From: Macrostomum lignano
Taxonomy: Eukaryota
DNA length: 38,811 nucleotides
Assembly: GCA_002269645.1 (NCBI GenBank)
Contig: NIVC01004664.1
Span: 1 to 38,811 of the forward strand
Reading direction: 5' to 3'
The notes beneath the pieces are model-generated. The model worked only from the letters and a program-made list of their open reading frames with translations, was not told the DNA's origin and did no database searches. The position numbers were made by a program, and so were the translations under genes. This document shows, in pieces, positions 14,094 through 26,200 of this stretch (position 1 is its first letter; the number at the start of each line of letters is the position of its first letter).

Positions 14094-14113
14094 GCTACTA
14101 ATACTACTACTAA
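13255..14113. repeat. (CTA)n trinucleotide microsatellite, about 0.85 kb
   Basis: Direct reading; CTG, TTA and ATA variants present. Confidence 0.98.
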
Positions 14114-14681
14114 GAGTAGCAGTAATTTTTAGTACTACAGATAAGAAAAATATAAAATTTAAGATAAAATATTATGCCAATGCAACTGCTACAAGATGTC
14201 GCAACTTGTTTGATTCCACTCCTGACTTCAGCCTAATAATAAAATCTGACTGAGCAGTTGCTGATCTGCTGATTTATTCAAAAAAACTCTCCGCTTAGCA
14301 AAAAAATTGAATCGCAGAAATTTCGGTGAAAATTTATTCTGGCGGTAACAAAATATGCTACAAAATATGTGTAAATAAAATAAAGCGGTAAGTTCTATAG
14401 AAAGCTTGAGTAAGCATTTCACTATGAATAATAAAATGAAGAAACCATTGAATTGTTATTTATGATCCTCCAAGACTTTCTCAGATTCAAATCTCATAAT
14501 AAATGTAGAAAATGATTAAGTCAGCATTTAGAAAAAAAGAATAAGGAAGTCAATAGCGCATTGTGGCAACAGACACTCTCTTTAATTAAATAGTTTAGCA
14601 CTGCATCTCTGTGCGACCAACTGCGTTTTTTCTGATTTCGTCTGCTAGAAAATTATATTTACCTCAGTCTCCCTGCTAATA

Positions 14682-15700
14682 ACTAATTAGCCTAACTCAC
14701 AATCTCACCTGCTAAGAACCAATTAGCCTAACTCAAAATCTCACCTGCTAAGAACCAATTAGCCTAACTCAAAATCTCACCTGCTAAGAACCAATTAGCC
14801 TAACTCAAAATCTCACCTGCTAAGAACCAATTAGCCTAACTCAAAATCTCACCTGCTAAGAACCAATTAGCCTAACTCAAAATCTCACCTGCTAAGAACC
14901 AATTAGCCTAACTCAAAATCTCACCTGCTAAGAACCAATTAGCCTAACTCAAAATCACACCTGCTAAGAACCAATTAGCCTAACTCAAAATCACACCTGC
15001 TAAGAACCAATTAAGATACCTCAAAATCTCAACCGCTAGGCATCAAACTACATTAAAGTTTCACCTGCTAAGAACCAAGCTACTCAAAATCTCACCCGCT
15101 AGGCATCAAAATACCTCAAAATCTCACCCGCTAGGCACATCAAACTACCTCAAAATCTCACCCACTAGTCATCAAACTACCTTAAAATCTCACCCGCTAG
15201 TCATCAAACTACCTCAAAATCTCACCCACTAGTCATCAAACTACCTTAAAATCTCACCCGCTAGTCATCAAACTACCTCAAAATCTCACCCGCTAGTCAT
15301 CAAACTACCTCAAAATCTCACCCACTAGTCATCAAACTACCTTAAAATCTCACCCGCTAGTCATCAAACTACCTCAAAATCTCACCCGCTAGGCATCAAA
15401 CTACCTTAAAATCTCACCCGCTAGTCATCAAACTACCTCAAAATCTCACCCGCTAGTCATCAAACTACCTCAAAATCTCACCCGCTAGGCATCAAACTAC
15501 CTCAAAATCTCACCCGCTAGGATCAAACTACCTTAAAATCTCACCCGCTAGGAATCAAACTACCTAAAAACCCGCTAGGAATCAAACTACCTAAAAATCT
15601 CACCCGCTAGGCATCAAGCTATCTTAAAATTTCACCTGCTAAGAACCAAGCTAATCAAAGTCTCACCCGCTAGGAATGAAGCCACCTCAAAATCTCACCC
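14682..15700. repeat. Two adjacent related minisatellites (36-bp, then 32-bp units)
   Basis: AATTAGCCTAACTCAAAATCTCACCTGCTAAGAACC (to about 15015), then CTACCTCAAAATCTCACCCGCTAGTCATCAAA; shared core CAAAATCTCACC. Confidence 0.95.
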
Positions 15701-16182
15701 GTTGAAGATCAGTGTACCTCGAATTCCGCAAAAATATAGCTATCATCGTTAATATTGTTAGTGTTTGTCATGAAAACAGGCTCATTAAAGGTCGCACAGT
15801 TTAATTGGTCCATCAGGCATTTTGAATGCACGCAGCTATACAGAAAGCAGTAGATTTAACGGCTAGCAAATCAATTGAGTACAAATAAATACTGTAAAAC
15901 TCAATTAAAGCGGCGGAAAGTACAACAAAAATGGACATGGCTAGATAGATATAATATATGACGATTCATACTAAACCCACTAATGTATAATTCACATTAA
16001 TACTGATATGTCAGTTTTCACTTGCAAATTATAGAGATATTTTTAATAGTAGGTAGCTACCGTATACATATACATAAATTTATAAAAAATTGTGGAGATA
16101 CTGAATTGCATTAGAATACTTGTCAAATAATAACTATTAATATTATTAATACGGTGTTGCAAAAGTTTACGGACTGTGTATA

Positions 16183-16470
16183 GGGTCGCTGTAGCCCAGT
16201 GGTCTAGCGTGGCGCTCTGAAGTGCCAGCGGCCCAGGCTCGATTCCAAGTGCAGTCACATTAATTTGGGGCTAAATTGAAATCTCGGCTTGGCTCTGCTC
16301 GTGCAATTAACGCCATTGAGGCCCAACCCCCAAGGCACAGTGAAGTGTACATGCCTAACGATAAATAAAGTTAGGGCCGCTGTGCACTCTTGTGTGAGTG
16401 TGTGCCTGTGCGTGTGACTGCGTACGTATCCGCGCGCTTGTGTGCCTGCTCAGGGGAGTCGGCGGAATGG
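16183..16470 (+). mobile_element. tRNA-headed SINE-like element, family B, copy 1
   Basis: A box TAGCCCAGTGG, B box GGCTCGATTCC; body aligns with 29950-30222 (minus) over ATTTGGGGCT, AGTGTACATG and TGTGTGAG...CTGCGTAC...GCTCAGG blocks. Confidence 0.65.
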
Positions 16471-16646
16471 GCAGTAATGCTTCTTGCCGGTTGTGTGACA
16501 ATTTCGCTTAAAGTGCGCCAGGGTGCACGTAACCCCCCCCCTGCCTCTGATAAATAACTCCAGACTGTATGCTGCCACAGACAACTCGCTGGTTGAACAT
16601 CGCAGGGAAAATGACGAGAAGGCGAGGCACAGAGCAACTTGCACTT

Positions 16647-16843
16647 CGGCGCATTTGAAGGCTGCGTACGGCTGTTCAGTCCAAGGACTGGGGGTCGCCA
16701 CACACCCTCAAATACTCCAGCTAATGCTGGCACCCATTTTACAGCTGGGTGAACTGAAGCAATGCAGAGTTAAGTGTCTTGCTCAAGGATACAAATTATT
16801 CAGAGTGGGTCGAGAATCGAACCCCTGACCACTAGGCAACAAC
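16647..16843 (-). mobile_element. CORE-type SINE, family A, copy 2 (about 28-nt deletion in the tRNA head)
   Basis: High similarity to about 7466-7696; lacks the segment corresponding to 7648-7675. Confidence 0.8.
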
Positions 16844-17414
16844 GGCCCTCGTAGTAACGCTAACCTGATTAAGCTATCCATCCCTTTCATTAAAAAGCAA
16901 AGCAAAATGACCAGATTAAATTCCATTTTGAAAGCCAAAGAAACAAAGCAAACAACAAGAAACCGCAAAAACAAAGTTAGAAAAAATCAATAGCAGCGAA
17001 GAAGAAGAAAGAAGAACAAAGAAGAAATTTTTAAACGTCATTTGAATTTGAATTGAAGTCATTAAAATTGTTCAAGTGTCAACCAATTCTCGCCGCAGGC
17101 ACCAGAGACAAAAAATATGATTATCATATTCTCAGCTTCAAACAATTTCAAACCAACTCATTACTGTTCTCACTGTTGCATAAGTCAGTCAACTCAAAGT
17201 TAAAAAATCTTATTCTGAAGGCACAGAGTATCAGCTTACTACGCCTAGCAACCTCGGGATTTGATAATAAGCATTGCTAAGGTATGCCGATTTATGCGGG
17301 TCGTTAAGCGATTTCAGGATCTCTGGCGGATTTGAAGTGGTTCTCAGGGGAATGGATTCAAGGCTGTTTTACCGGGGCGATTAGAGCCGATATTTAGAGT
17401 AAGGTGGATTCGAG

Positions 17415-20180
17415 GCGCATTTTCATGCGGGTGGATTTGAGATGGTTTTCATGCGGGTGGATTTGAGATGGTTTCATGGCGGGATTTGAGATGGTTTCAT
17501 GGGGGGATTTGAGATGGATTCCAGGGGGGATTTGAGATGGTTGTCATGGGGGATTTGAGATGGTTTCATGGGGGGATTTGAGATGGATTCCAGGGGGGAT
17601 TTGAGATGGTTTCATGGGGGATTTGAGATGGATTCCAGGGGGGATTTGAGATGGATTCCAGGGGGGATTTGAGATGGTTTCATGGGGGGATTTGAGATGG
17701 TTTCATGGGGAGGATTTGAGATGGTTTCATGGGGAGGATTTGAGATGGTTTCATGGGGGATTTGAGATGGATTCCAGGGGGATTTGAGATGGTTTCATGG
17801 GGGATTTGAGATGGTTTCATGGGGGATTTGAGATGGTTTCATGGGGGGATTTGAGATGGTTTCATGGGGAGGATTTGAGATGGTTTCATGGGGGGATTTG
17901 AGATGGTTTCATGGGGGATTTGAGATGGATTCCAGGGGGATTTGAGATAGTTTCATGGGGGGATTTGAGATGGTTTCATGGGGGATTTGAGATGGATTCC
18001 AGGGGAGATTTGAGATGGTTTCATGGGGGATTTGAGATGGATTCCAGGGGGGATTTGAGATGGATTCCAGGGGGGATTTGAGATGGTTTCATGGGGGATT
18101 TGAGATGGATTCCAGGGGGGATTTGAGATGGTTTCATGGGGGATTTGAGATGGATTCCAGGGGGGTTTGAGATGGTTTCATGGGGGATTTGAGATGGATT
18201 CCAGGGGGGATTTGAGATGGATTCCAGGGGGATTTGAGATGGTTTCATGGGGGATTTGAGATGGTTTCATGGGGGATTTGAGATGGTTTCATGGGGGATT
18301 TGAGATGGTTTCATGGGGGGATTTAAGATGGTTTCATGGGGGGATTTGAGATGGTTTCATGGGGGGATTTGAGATGGTTTCATGGGGGGATTTGAGATGG
18401 TTTCATGGGGGGATTTGAGATGGTTTCATGGGAGGATTTGAGATGGTTTCATGGGGGATTTGAGATGGATTCCAGGGGAGATTTGAGATGGTTTCATGGG
18501 GGATTTGAGATGGATTCCAGGGGGATTTGAGATGGTTTCATGGGGGGATTTGAGATGGATTCCAGGGGGGATTTGAGATGGTTTCATGGGGGATTTGAGA
18601 TGGATTCCAGGGGGGGATTTGAGATGGATTCCAGGGGGATTTGAGATGGTTTCATGGGGGGATTTGAGATGGTTTCATGGGGGATTTGAGATGGTTTCAT
18701 GGGGGATTTGAGATGGTTTCATGGGGGGATTTGAGATGGTTTCATGGGGGATTTGAGATGGTTTCATGGGGGATTTGAGATGGTTTCATGGGGGGATTTG
18801 AGATGGTTTCATGGGGGGATTTGAGATGGATTCCAGGGGGGATTTGAGATGGTTTCATGGGGGATTTGAGATGGATTCCAGGGGGGATTTGAGATGGATT
18901 CCAGGGGGGATTTGAGATGGTTTCATGGGGGGATTTGAGATGGTTTCATGGGGGATTTGAGATGGTTCATGGGGGATTTGAGATGGTTTCATGGGGGGAT
19001 TTGAGATGGTTTCATGGGGGATTTGAGATGGATTCCAGGGGGGATTTGAGATGGTTTCATGGGGGATTTGAGATGGATTCCAGGGGGGATTTGAGATGGT
19101 TTCATGGGGGATTTGAGATGGATTCCAGGGGGGATTTGAGATGGATTCCAGGGGGGATTTGAGATGGTTTCATGGGGGATTTGAGATGGTTTCATGGGGG
19201 ATTTGAGATGGTTTCATGGGGGATTTGAGATAGTTTCATGGGGGATTTGAGATGGTTTCATGGGGGATTTGAGATGGTTTCATGGGGGGATTTGAGATAG
19301 TTTCATGGGGGGATTTGAGATGGTTTCATGGGGGATTTGAGATGGATTCCAGGGGAGATTTGAGATGGTTTCATGGGGGATTTGAGATGGATTCCAGGGG
19401 GATTTGAGATGGATTCCAGGGGGGATTTGAGATGGTTTCATGGGGGGATTTGAGATGGATTCCAGGGGGGATTTGAGATGGTTTCATGGGGGGATTTAAG
19501 ATGGATTCCAGGGGGGATTTGAGATGGTTTCATGGGGGATTTGAGATGGATTCCAGGGGGGATTTGAGATGGATTCCAGGGGGGATTTGAGATGGTTTCA
19601 TGGGGGGATTTGAGATGGTTTCATGGGGGATTTGAGATGGTTTCATGGGGGATTTGAGATGGTTTCATGGGGGGATTTAAGATGGTTTCATGGGGGATTT
19701 GAGATGGATTCCAGGGGGGATTTGAGATGGTTTCATGGGGGGATTTGAGATGGTTTCATGGGAGGATTTGAGATGCTTTCATGGGGGATTTGAGATGGTT
19801 TCATGGGGATTTGAGATGGTTGGGGGGATTTGAGATGGTTTCATGGGGGATTTGAGATGGTTTCATGGAGAGATGATTTTGAGATGGTTTCATGGGGGGA
19901 TGGTTGAGATGGTTTCATGGGAGATTTGAGATGGTTTGTCATGGGGGGTTTGAGATGGTTTCCATGGAGGATTTGAGATGGATTCCAGGGGGGATTTAAG
20001 ATGGTTTCATGGGGGGGATTTGAGATGGTTTCCATGGAGGATTTGAGATGGATTCCAGGGGGGATTTAAGATGGTTTCATGGGGGGGATTTGAGATGGTT
20101 TCCATGGAGGATTTGAGATGGATTCCAGGGGGGATTTAAGATGGTTTCATGTGGGGGATTTGAGATGGTTTTCATGGCGG
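17415..20180. repeat. About 2.8-kb G-rich minisatellite, 22-23-bp units
   Basis: GGGGGATTTGAGATGGTTTCAT interspersed with GGGGGATTTGAGATGGATTCCA; G-run length varies. Confidence 0.98.
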
Positions 20181-20288
20181 GGGGGGGCGATGTGAGGCGG
20201 ATCCAGGATAGTGTAAAAGAACGGTTCGAGTTGACTATAGAACTAAAAGACTGAAGCCGGTTATAACAACACTAATAAGATAGTTAAA

Positions 20289-23200
20289 TCAGGAAACCCC
20301 TCGCAGCTGCGTGACCAAACCGATGACTTTGTCGACCGCCTCCTCAGGGCTGGCCAGCACCGGCACGTTGGCCCGATTGGCCACGTCCAGCAGGTACAGC
20401 CGGCCCCGATTGTAGTCCTTGACGGCGTCCGCCGACAGGTCGCAGCCGTCCCCGTCGCCGCCGCCGCCGCCGGCCGGGTACAGCTGCACGTGCAGCACGA
20501 CTCGCCCGCAGCGGCCGATAAAGTGAGCGGCCTCGAGCATCGCCGCGGTTGACCAGGAGTCGCAGGTGATTACAAATAGCAGCACAAGGCTCTGGTCGCG
20601 GGCGCCGGATTCGTAGGATAGAAACCGGGACGACCAGTTTGACACCTGGATTCGGTTGAGCAGGGAACAGAGTAAGTCCCCGCAGTTACCTTGAGAGTAT
20701 TTGCTTTGAAACTCACTACTAAATTTAATATTTATCACCAGAATCTCCCATTCCTCATTACCAGAATCTTCTATTCCTCATCACCAGAATCTCCCATTTT
20801 TCATAAGCAGAACCTCCCATTCCTCATAACCAGAATCTCCCATTCCTCATCACCAGAATCTCCCACTCCCCATTACCAGAATCTCCCATTCCTCATAACC
20901 AGAATCTCCCATTCCCCATCACCAGAATCTTCCATTCCCCATCACCAGAATCTCCCATTCCTCATCACCAGAATCTTCCATTCCCTATCACCAGAATCTC
21001 CCATTCCTCATCACCGGAATCTCCCATTCCCCATCACCAGAATCTCCCATTCCTCATCACCAGAATCTCCCATTCCCCATCACCAGAATCTCCCATTCCT
21101 CATAACCAGAATCTCCCATTCCTCATAACCAGAATCTCCCATTCCCCATCACCAGAATCTTCCATTCCCCATCACCAGAATCTCCCATTCCTCATAACCA
21201 GAATCTTCTATTCCTCATCACCAGAATCTCCCATTTTTCATAAGCAGAACCTCCCATTCCTCATAACCAGAATCTCCCATTCCTCATCACCAGAATCTCC
21301 CACTCCCCATTACCAGAATCTCCCATTCCTCATAACCAGAATCTCCCGTTCCTCATCATCAGAATCTCCCATTCCTCATAACCAGAATCTTCCATTCCCC
21401 ATCACCAGAATCTCCCATTCCTCATAACCAGAATCTCCCATTCCCCATCACCAGAATCTTCCATTCCCCATCACCAGAATCTCCCATTCCTCATCACCAG
21501 AATCTTCCATTCCCCATCACCAGAATCTCCCATTCCTCATCACCAGAATCTCCCATTCCCCATCACCAGAATCTCCCATTCCTCATCACCAGAATCTCCC
21601 ATTCCCCATCACCAGAATCTCCCATTCCTCATAACCAGAATCTCCCATTCCTCATAACTAGAATCTCTCATTCCTCATCACCATAATCTCCCATTCCTCA
21701 TAACCAGAATCTCCCATTCCCCATCACCAGAATCTCCCATTCCCCATCACCAGAATCTCCCATTCCCCATCACCAGAATCTCCCATTCCCCATCACCAGA
21801 ATTGCTGATTGAATCGCCCCTCACCTGGGGATTATAATAGGAGATGCCGGCAGCCTGCAGCCTGGGTATCGCCGCATCGTCACGCCAGCGGCTCCGGCCG
21901 CACGTGCCGCCCAAGAAGACGTCATAGATTGGCGCGGCCGCCGACAGGGCAGACGCCGGTCCAGTTAAAAGCCGCTTAGCAAACGCCAGCGGCCAGGCCA
22001 GCGCAGACCAGAGCCAGTCGGTCCAGTCCTCGCGGCCGGACTCGCTAGAGTACAACAGACACAGGTCGGCAAAGCTCACAGCCTGGCCAGGCTCGGGCAG
22101 CACCGACATGTCGAAACTGTCGCAGTCGTTGCGCCGACGCCCAATAACGCCGCCGCCGACGCCGCCGCTCATTGTCTCCAGGATGAGGCCGGCTGCGTCA
22201 GCCGAGATGCGGCCAGTCCGGCCAGTGTCGTGACAGCGGAACAGCTCCCAGAGCAGGGTGAGGGTGCGGCTGACCGGAGCGGCCGAGTCCCACACTGGGC
22301 TGACGCCGTCATCTGGTGACAGCTTGGTTACCGACTGCCTCTGTTGAATGAGCGCGAAGTTATGGGGAGTGCGGAATGTTAACCAGAATCTATAGATATA
22401 TTGATTGTGAATTCATCGATTTTTCATTTTCTAATTTTCTAATCGTGGTCTCTAATCCCCTAATTGTGGTCTCTAATTCACTAATTGAGGTTTCTAATCC
22501 CTAATTGTGCACACTAATTGTGGTCTTTAATCTCCTAATTGTGGACTCTAACCCCCCATTTTGATTTCTAATCCACTCATTGTGGTTTCTAATCCCCTAA
22601 TTGTGAACTATAAATCCCAAATTGTGGTTTCTAATCCTCTAACTGTGGCTTCTAATTCCCTAATTTTGCACTCTAATCCCCCTAATTGTGGCTTCTAATC
22701 ACCTAATTTTGCACTCTAATCCCCTAATTGTAGTATCTAATTCCCTAATCCTGACCTCTAAGCCCTTGATTGTGGCCTCTAATCCCGTAATTGTGGTCTC
22801 TAATTCCCTAATAGTCCGTTTTTCATCAGATCCCAACTATCGGCTATTTTTTCAAATCCCCTAATTATGAACTCTTTTACAGGGTCCCCAGATTTCAGAT
22901 CAGATTCCGAGACTTGTTGCTTCAGACACTTGAGCAAAAAAACTTACAGGCTTCTTAAATCCCTCTCACCTGTTTGACAAGAGTTTTGACAGCCTGCAGC
23001 GCGGCTGGCAAGCTGTCAAACACGGGAATTTGACAGCGCTCAACCAGATCGATGAGGAATAGGAGACTGCGATGGATCGACTCCTGCTCCCTGTTTTAAA
23101 TAAAAGTTGCATTTATGACATTTGCAATATCGCTGAAAATTCATGACTCAGATGTACTCAACACCCATCAACCATTGACCAAGATTTACCATCGGCAATT

Positions 23201-26200
23201 GGCAATGCGGCTCTTGCCAGTGGTGCAGGCGTCCGGTATAACCAGCACCAGGTTGCGGCCTTGGCCAGCTAAGTAGGCCGACTCAACAATAGAGGCGATG
23301 CCCCTGGTGCGCGGGTCCAGCACAAACAGAAGCACAGAGGCGTTGTCCTTGGCTGTGTTCTCAATGTCGATCAGTTGCGGGTACCACGAGTCCACTTGCT
23401 GCGAGATTTGGGAGGGGGGGCGGATGGCTCTAGGGATTGAAATTACAAAGTTTAAAGTAGCGTCTGTGCTAGCTATGGAGTTTATTAAAGTCATGTATGA
23501 GTATTATGCGACAGTCACGCAGGTATTTGTCATGCAACATCATTTGAAGATAGCAGTCAGTTGAAGGTCACGAGATGGTAAGTGATGGCCAGTTGAAGGT
23601 CATGAGATGGTTAAAGTGATGGCTATTTGAAGGTCACGAGATGGTTAAAGTGATGTCCATTTGAAGGTCATGAGATGGTTAAAGTGATGTCCATTTGAAG
23701 GTCACGAGATGGTTAAAGTGATGTCCATTTGAAGGTCATCAGATGGTTAAAGTGATGTCCATTTGAAGGTCACGAGATGGTTAAAGTGATGTCCATTTGA
23801 AGTTCATCAGATGGTTAAAGTGATGTCCATTTGAAGGTCACGAGATGGTTAAAGTGATGTCCATTTGAAGGTGGTTAAAGTGATGTCCATTTGAAGATGG
23901 TTAAAGTGATGTCCATTTGAAGGTCACGAGATGGTTAAGGTGATGGCTATTTGAAGGTCACGAGATGGTTAAGGTGATGGCTATTTGAAGGTCACGAGAT
24001 GGTTAAAGTGATGTCCATTTGAAGGTCATGAGATGGTTAAAGTGATGTCCATTTGAAGGTCACGAGATGGTTAAGGAGATGGCCATTTGAAGGTCACGTG
24101 ATGATCATTGACGTTAATCTCACAATAAAGATCTCTTGTTAGACAAGATCAGACACAGAAGCCAGAGACTCACCGGGTTATAAAAGCTTATCCGTTCTTT
24201 GACTAGAAACGGCACGGCGGTGTCGCTGCGCCACGTGGTCGGATTGCAGGCTCCGCCTAGAAACACGGAGCAGCGCGGCTCGTCGCTTAGCAACGGCCTG
24301 CCGCCGCCGCCGCCGCCGCCAACGACGACGACTCCGCGCCGTAGACTGGGACGGCGCCATCTGCCGAAGCCGACACCGACGCTAGATCTTCGACGATAAG
24401 CGACGCTTGGACCCCCGGCCGGGGCCGATGCGCCGATGCTGAAGCGACTTTTCTTGCGACGATTTTTCAGACAGCCGACCAGCACGCAGAATAGCTCGAA
24501 TGAGAAGCCGCCGCCAAGTCCGCAGCCGTTGGACCGACTTTGCCGGCTCCTGCTGGCTCGGAGTGCCGCTTTCAGGCTGACCGGGAAATCGCTGCACTGC
24601 AGCTCCAGTACTGTGGGGGGGGGCGGTATGTTTGAGTTTAATTTAAAATGAATTTTAAATACGAGGTCATGGCAAAAACGTGAATAGAAGAATCTCGTTC
24701 ACGTTTTTCATGAATTTTTTTTCTCGCTTGGGATCAGATTGGCTTTTGTCAGTTATCGTGACGCTAGTCCGTAAAGAGGCAAGCAGTCATGCTTATTCCG
24801 ATGAAGCTTTCAGCACGCAGGTATACGCTCACACTCACACACGCTTATATACACACACTCTCTCACATACGTTTACACACGGTGAAACTCGCTCAAACCC
24901 GCTCACACACATTCACACACGCTCACACATGCTCATACACGGTCATTCACGCTCACACACGCTCATACATGTTCAGAACGCTCACACACACGCTCACACT
25001 CTCACACACGCTCACACTCTCACACACGCTCACTCTCACACACGCTCACACTCTCACACACGCTCACACACTTTCACACACACTTTGTGTACAAAAGTAC
25101 AGCAAAATTAGCAAATTTAGGACACTCACTCTGCGACCTGCTAGGATAGATGCCAAACCGATGGGCAGCCTTTTGAATTCGTTGCACCAGAGGGCCGCCT
25201 CGGTCTGTCCGGGCCGCGCTGTCCAATTCGTAGCGATCGAATGCCGCCCTGAGCTGCCTGGCGAGTTTATTTTAGTGTGTGTTGGTTTTTTTAAACTACT
25301 TATATGAATCAATAAATCAGTAGCTAAGTACGAATATAACATCAAGAAGTTATTCTATTCTTACTGTAAAAACTTCGATTTCATCAATTGACACAGTCAA
25401 TTGGCAATAAAGTGGGCAATTAGGTCCGTAGCTACTTTTAAAACTTTAAAACAGTTTTAATTAACAAGCTAGGCGCAGTATAAGTGCACCGCTTGTTGAC
25501 AGCGCGCCTGTCTCTGACATACAGTGCTGACAGTGGGCTTTTATAACAGAACTGAAAGTTTACGAATAAATAATTAAAAGGAATTGATGTATAATTAGAA
25601 TAAATAATTAAAAGGAATTGATGTATAATTAGCTAACCTTATCATTTTGGTTTGATTGGGAGGTGGAGGACCTGGGAGAGTGGTGGAGGATCTGGGAGGG
25701 TGGTGGAGGACCTGGGAGGGTGGTGGAGGATCTGGTAGGGTGGTGAAGGATCTGGGAGGGTGGTGAAGGATCTGGGAGGGTGGTGAAGGATCTGGGAGGG
25801 TGGTGAAGGATCTGGGAGGGTGGTGAAGGATCTGGGAGGGTGGTGAAGGATCTGGGAGGGTGGTGGAGGATCTGGGAGGGTGGTGGAGGACCTGGGAGGG
25901 TGGTGGAGGATCTGGTAGGGTGGTGAAGGATCTGGGAGGGTGGTGAAGGATCTGGGAGGGTGGTGAAGGATCTGGGAGGGTGGTGAAGGATCTGGGAGGG
26001 TGGTGAAGGATCTGGGAGGGTGGTGAAGGATCTGGTAAGGTGGTGAAGGATCTGGGGTGGTGGAGGATCTGCAAAGGTGATGGAGGATTTGGGAGGGTAG
26101 TGAAGGATCTGGTAGGGTGGTGAAGGATCTGGGAGGGTAGTGAAGGATCTGGGAGGGTGGTGGAGGATCTGCAAAGGTGATGGAGGATCTGGGAGGGTAG

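Noticed and set aside
13192-14253. 353-aa poly-Leu ORF
   Set aside because: It is the translation of a (CTA)n microsatellite; it starts from the repeat flank and has no domain content.
14682-15700. CRISPR-like appearance of the 31-36-bp repeats (also 478-692, 23560-24098, 35279-36345)
   Set aside because: Units are head-to-tail with no unique spacers, there are no cas genes, and the context is a spliced eukaryotic locus.
16183-16257. Possible tRNA genes (also 7628-7696 and 30150-30222)
   Set aside because: A and B boxes are present, but at 16183 the acceptor and T stems do not pair, and each head runs into a repeated body shared with another locus. These are SINE heads.
22881-22928. Possible 48-nt in-frame extra exon of the Raw-like gene (CLKQQVSESDLKSGDP)
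   Set aside because: It would need a 41-nt intron and a weak AAG acceptor; the model is complete and in phase without it. Cannot be excluded without RNA data.
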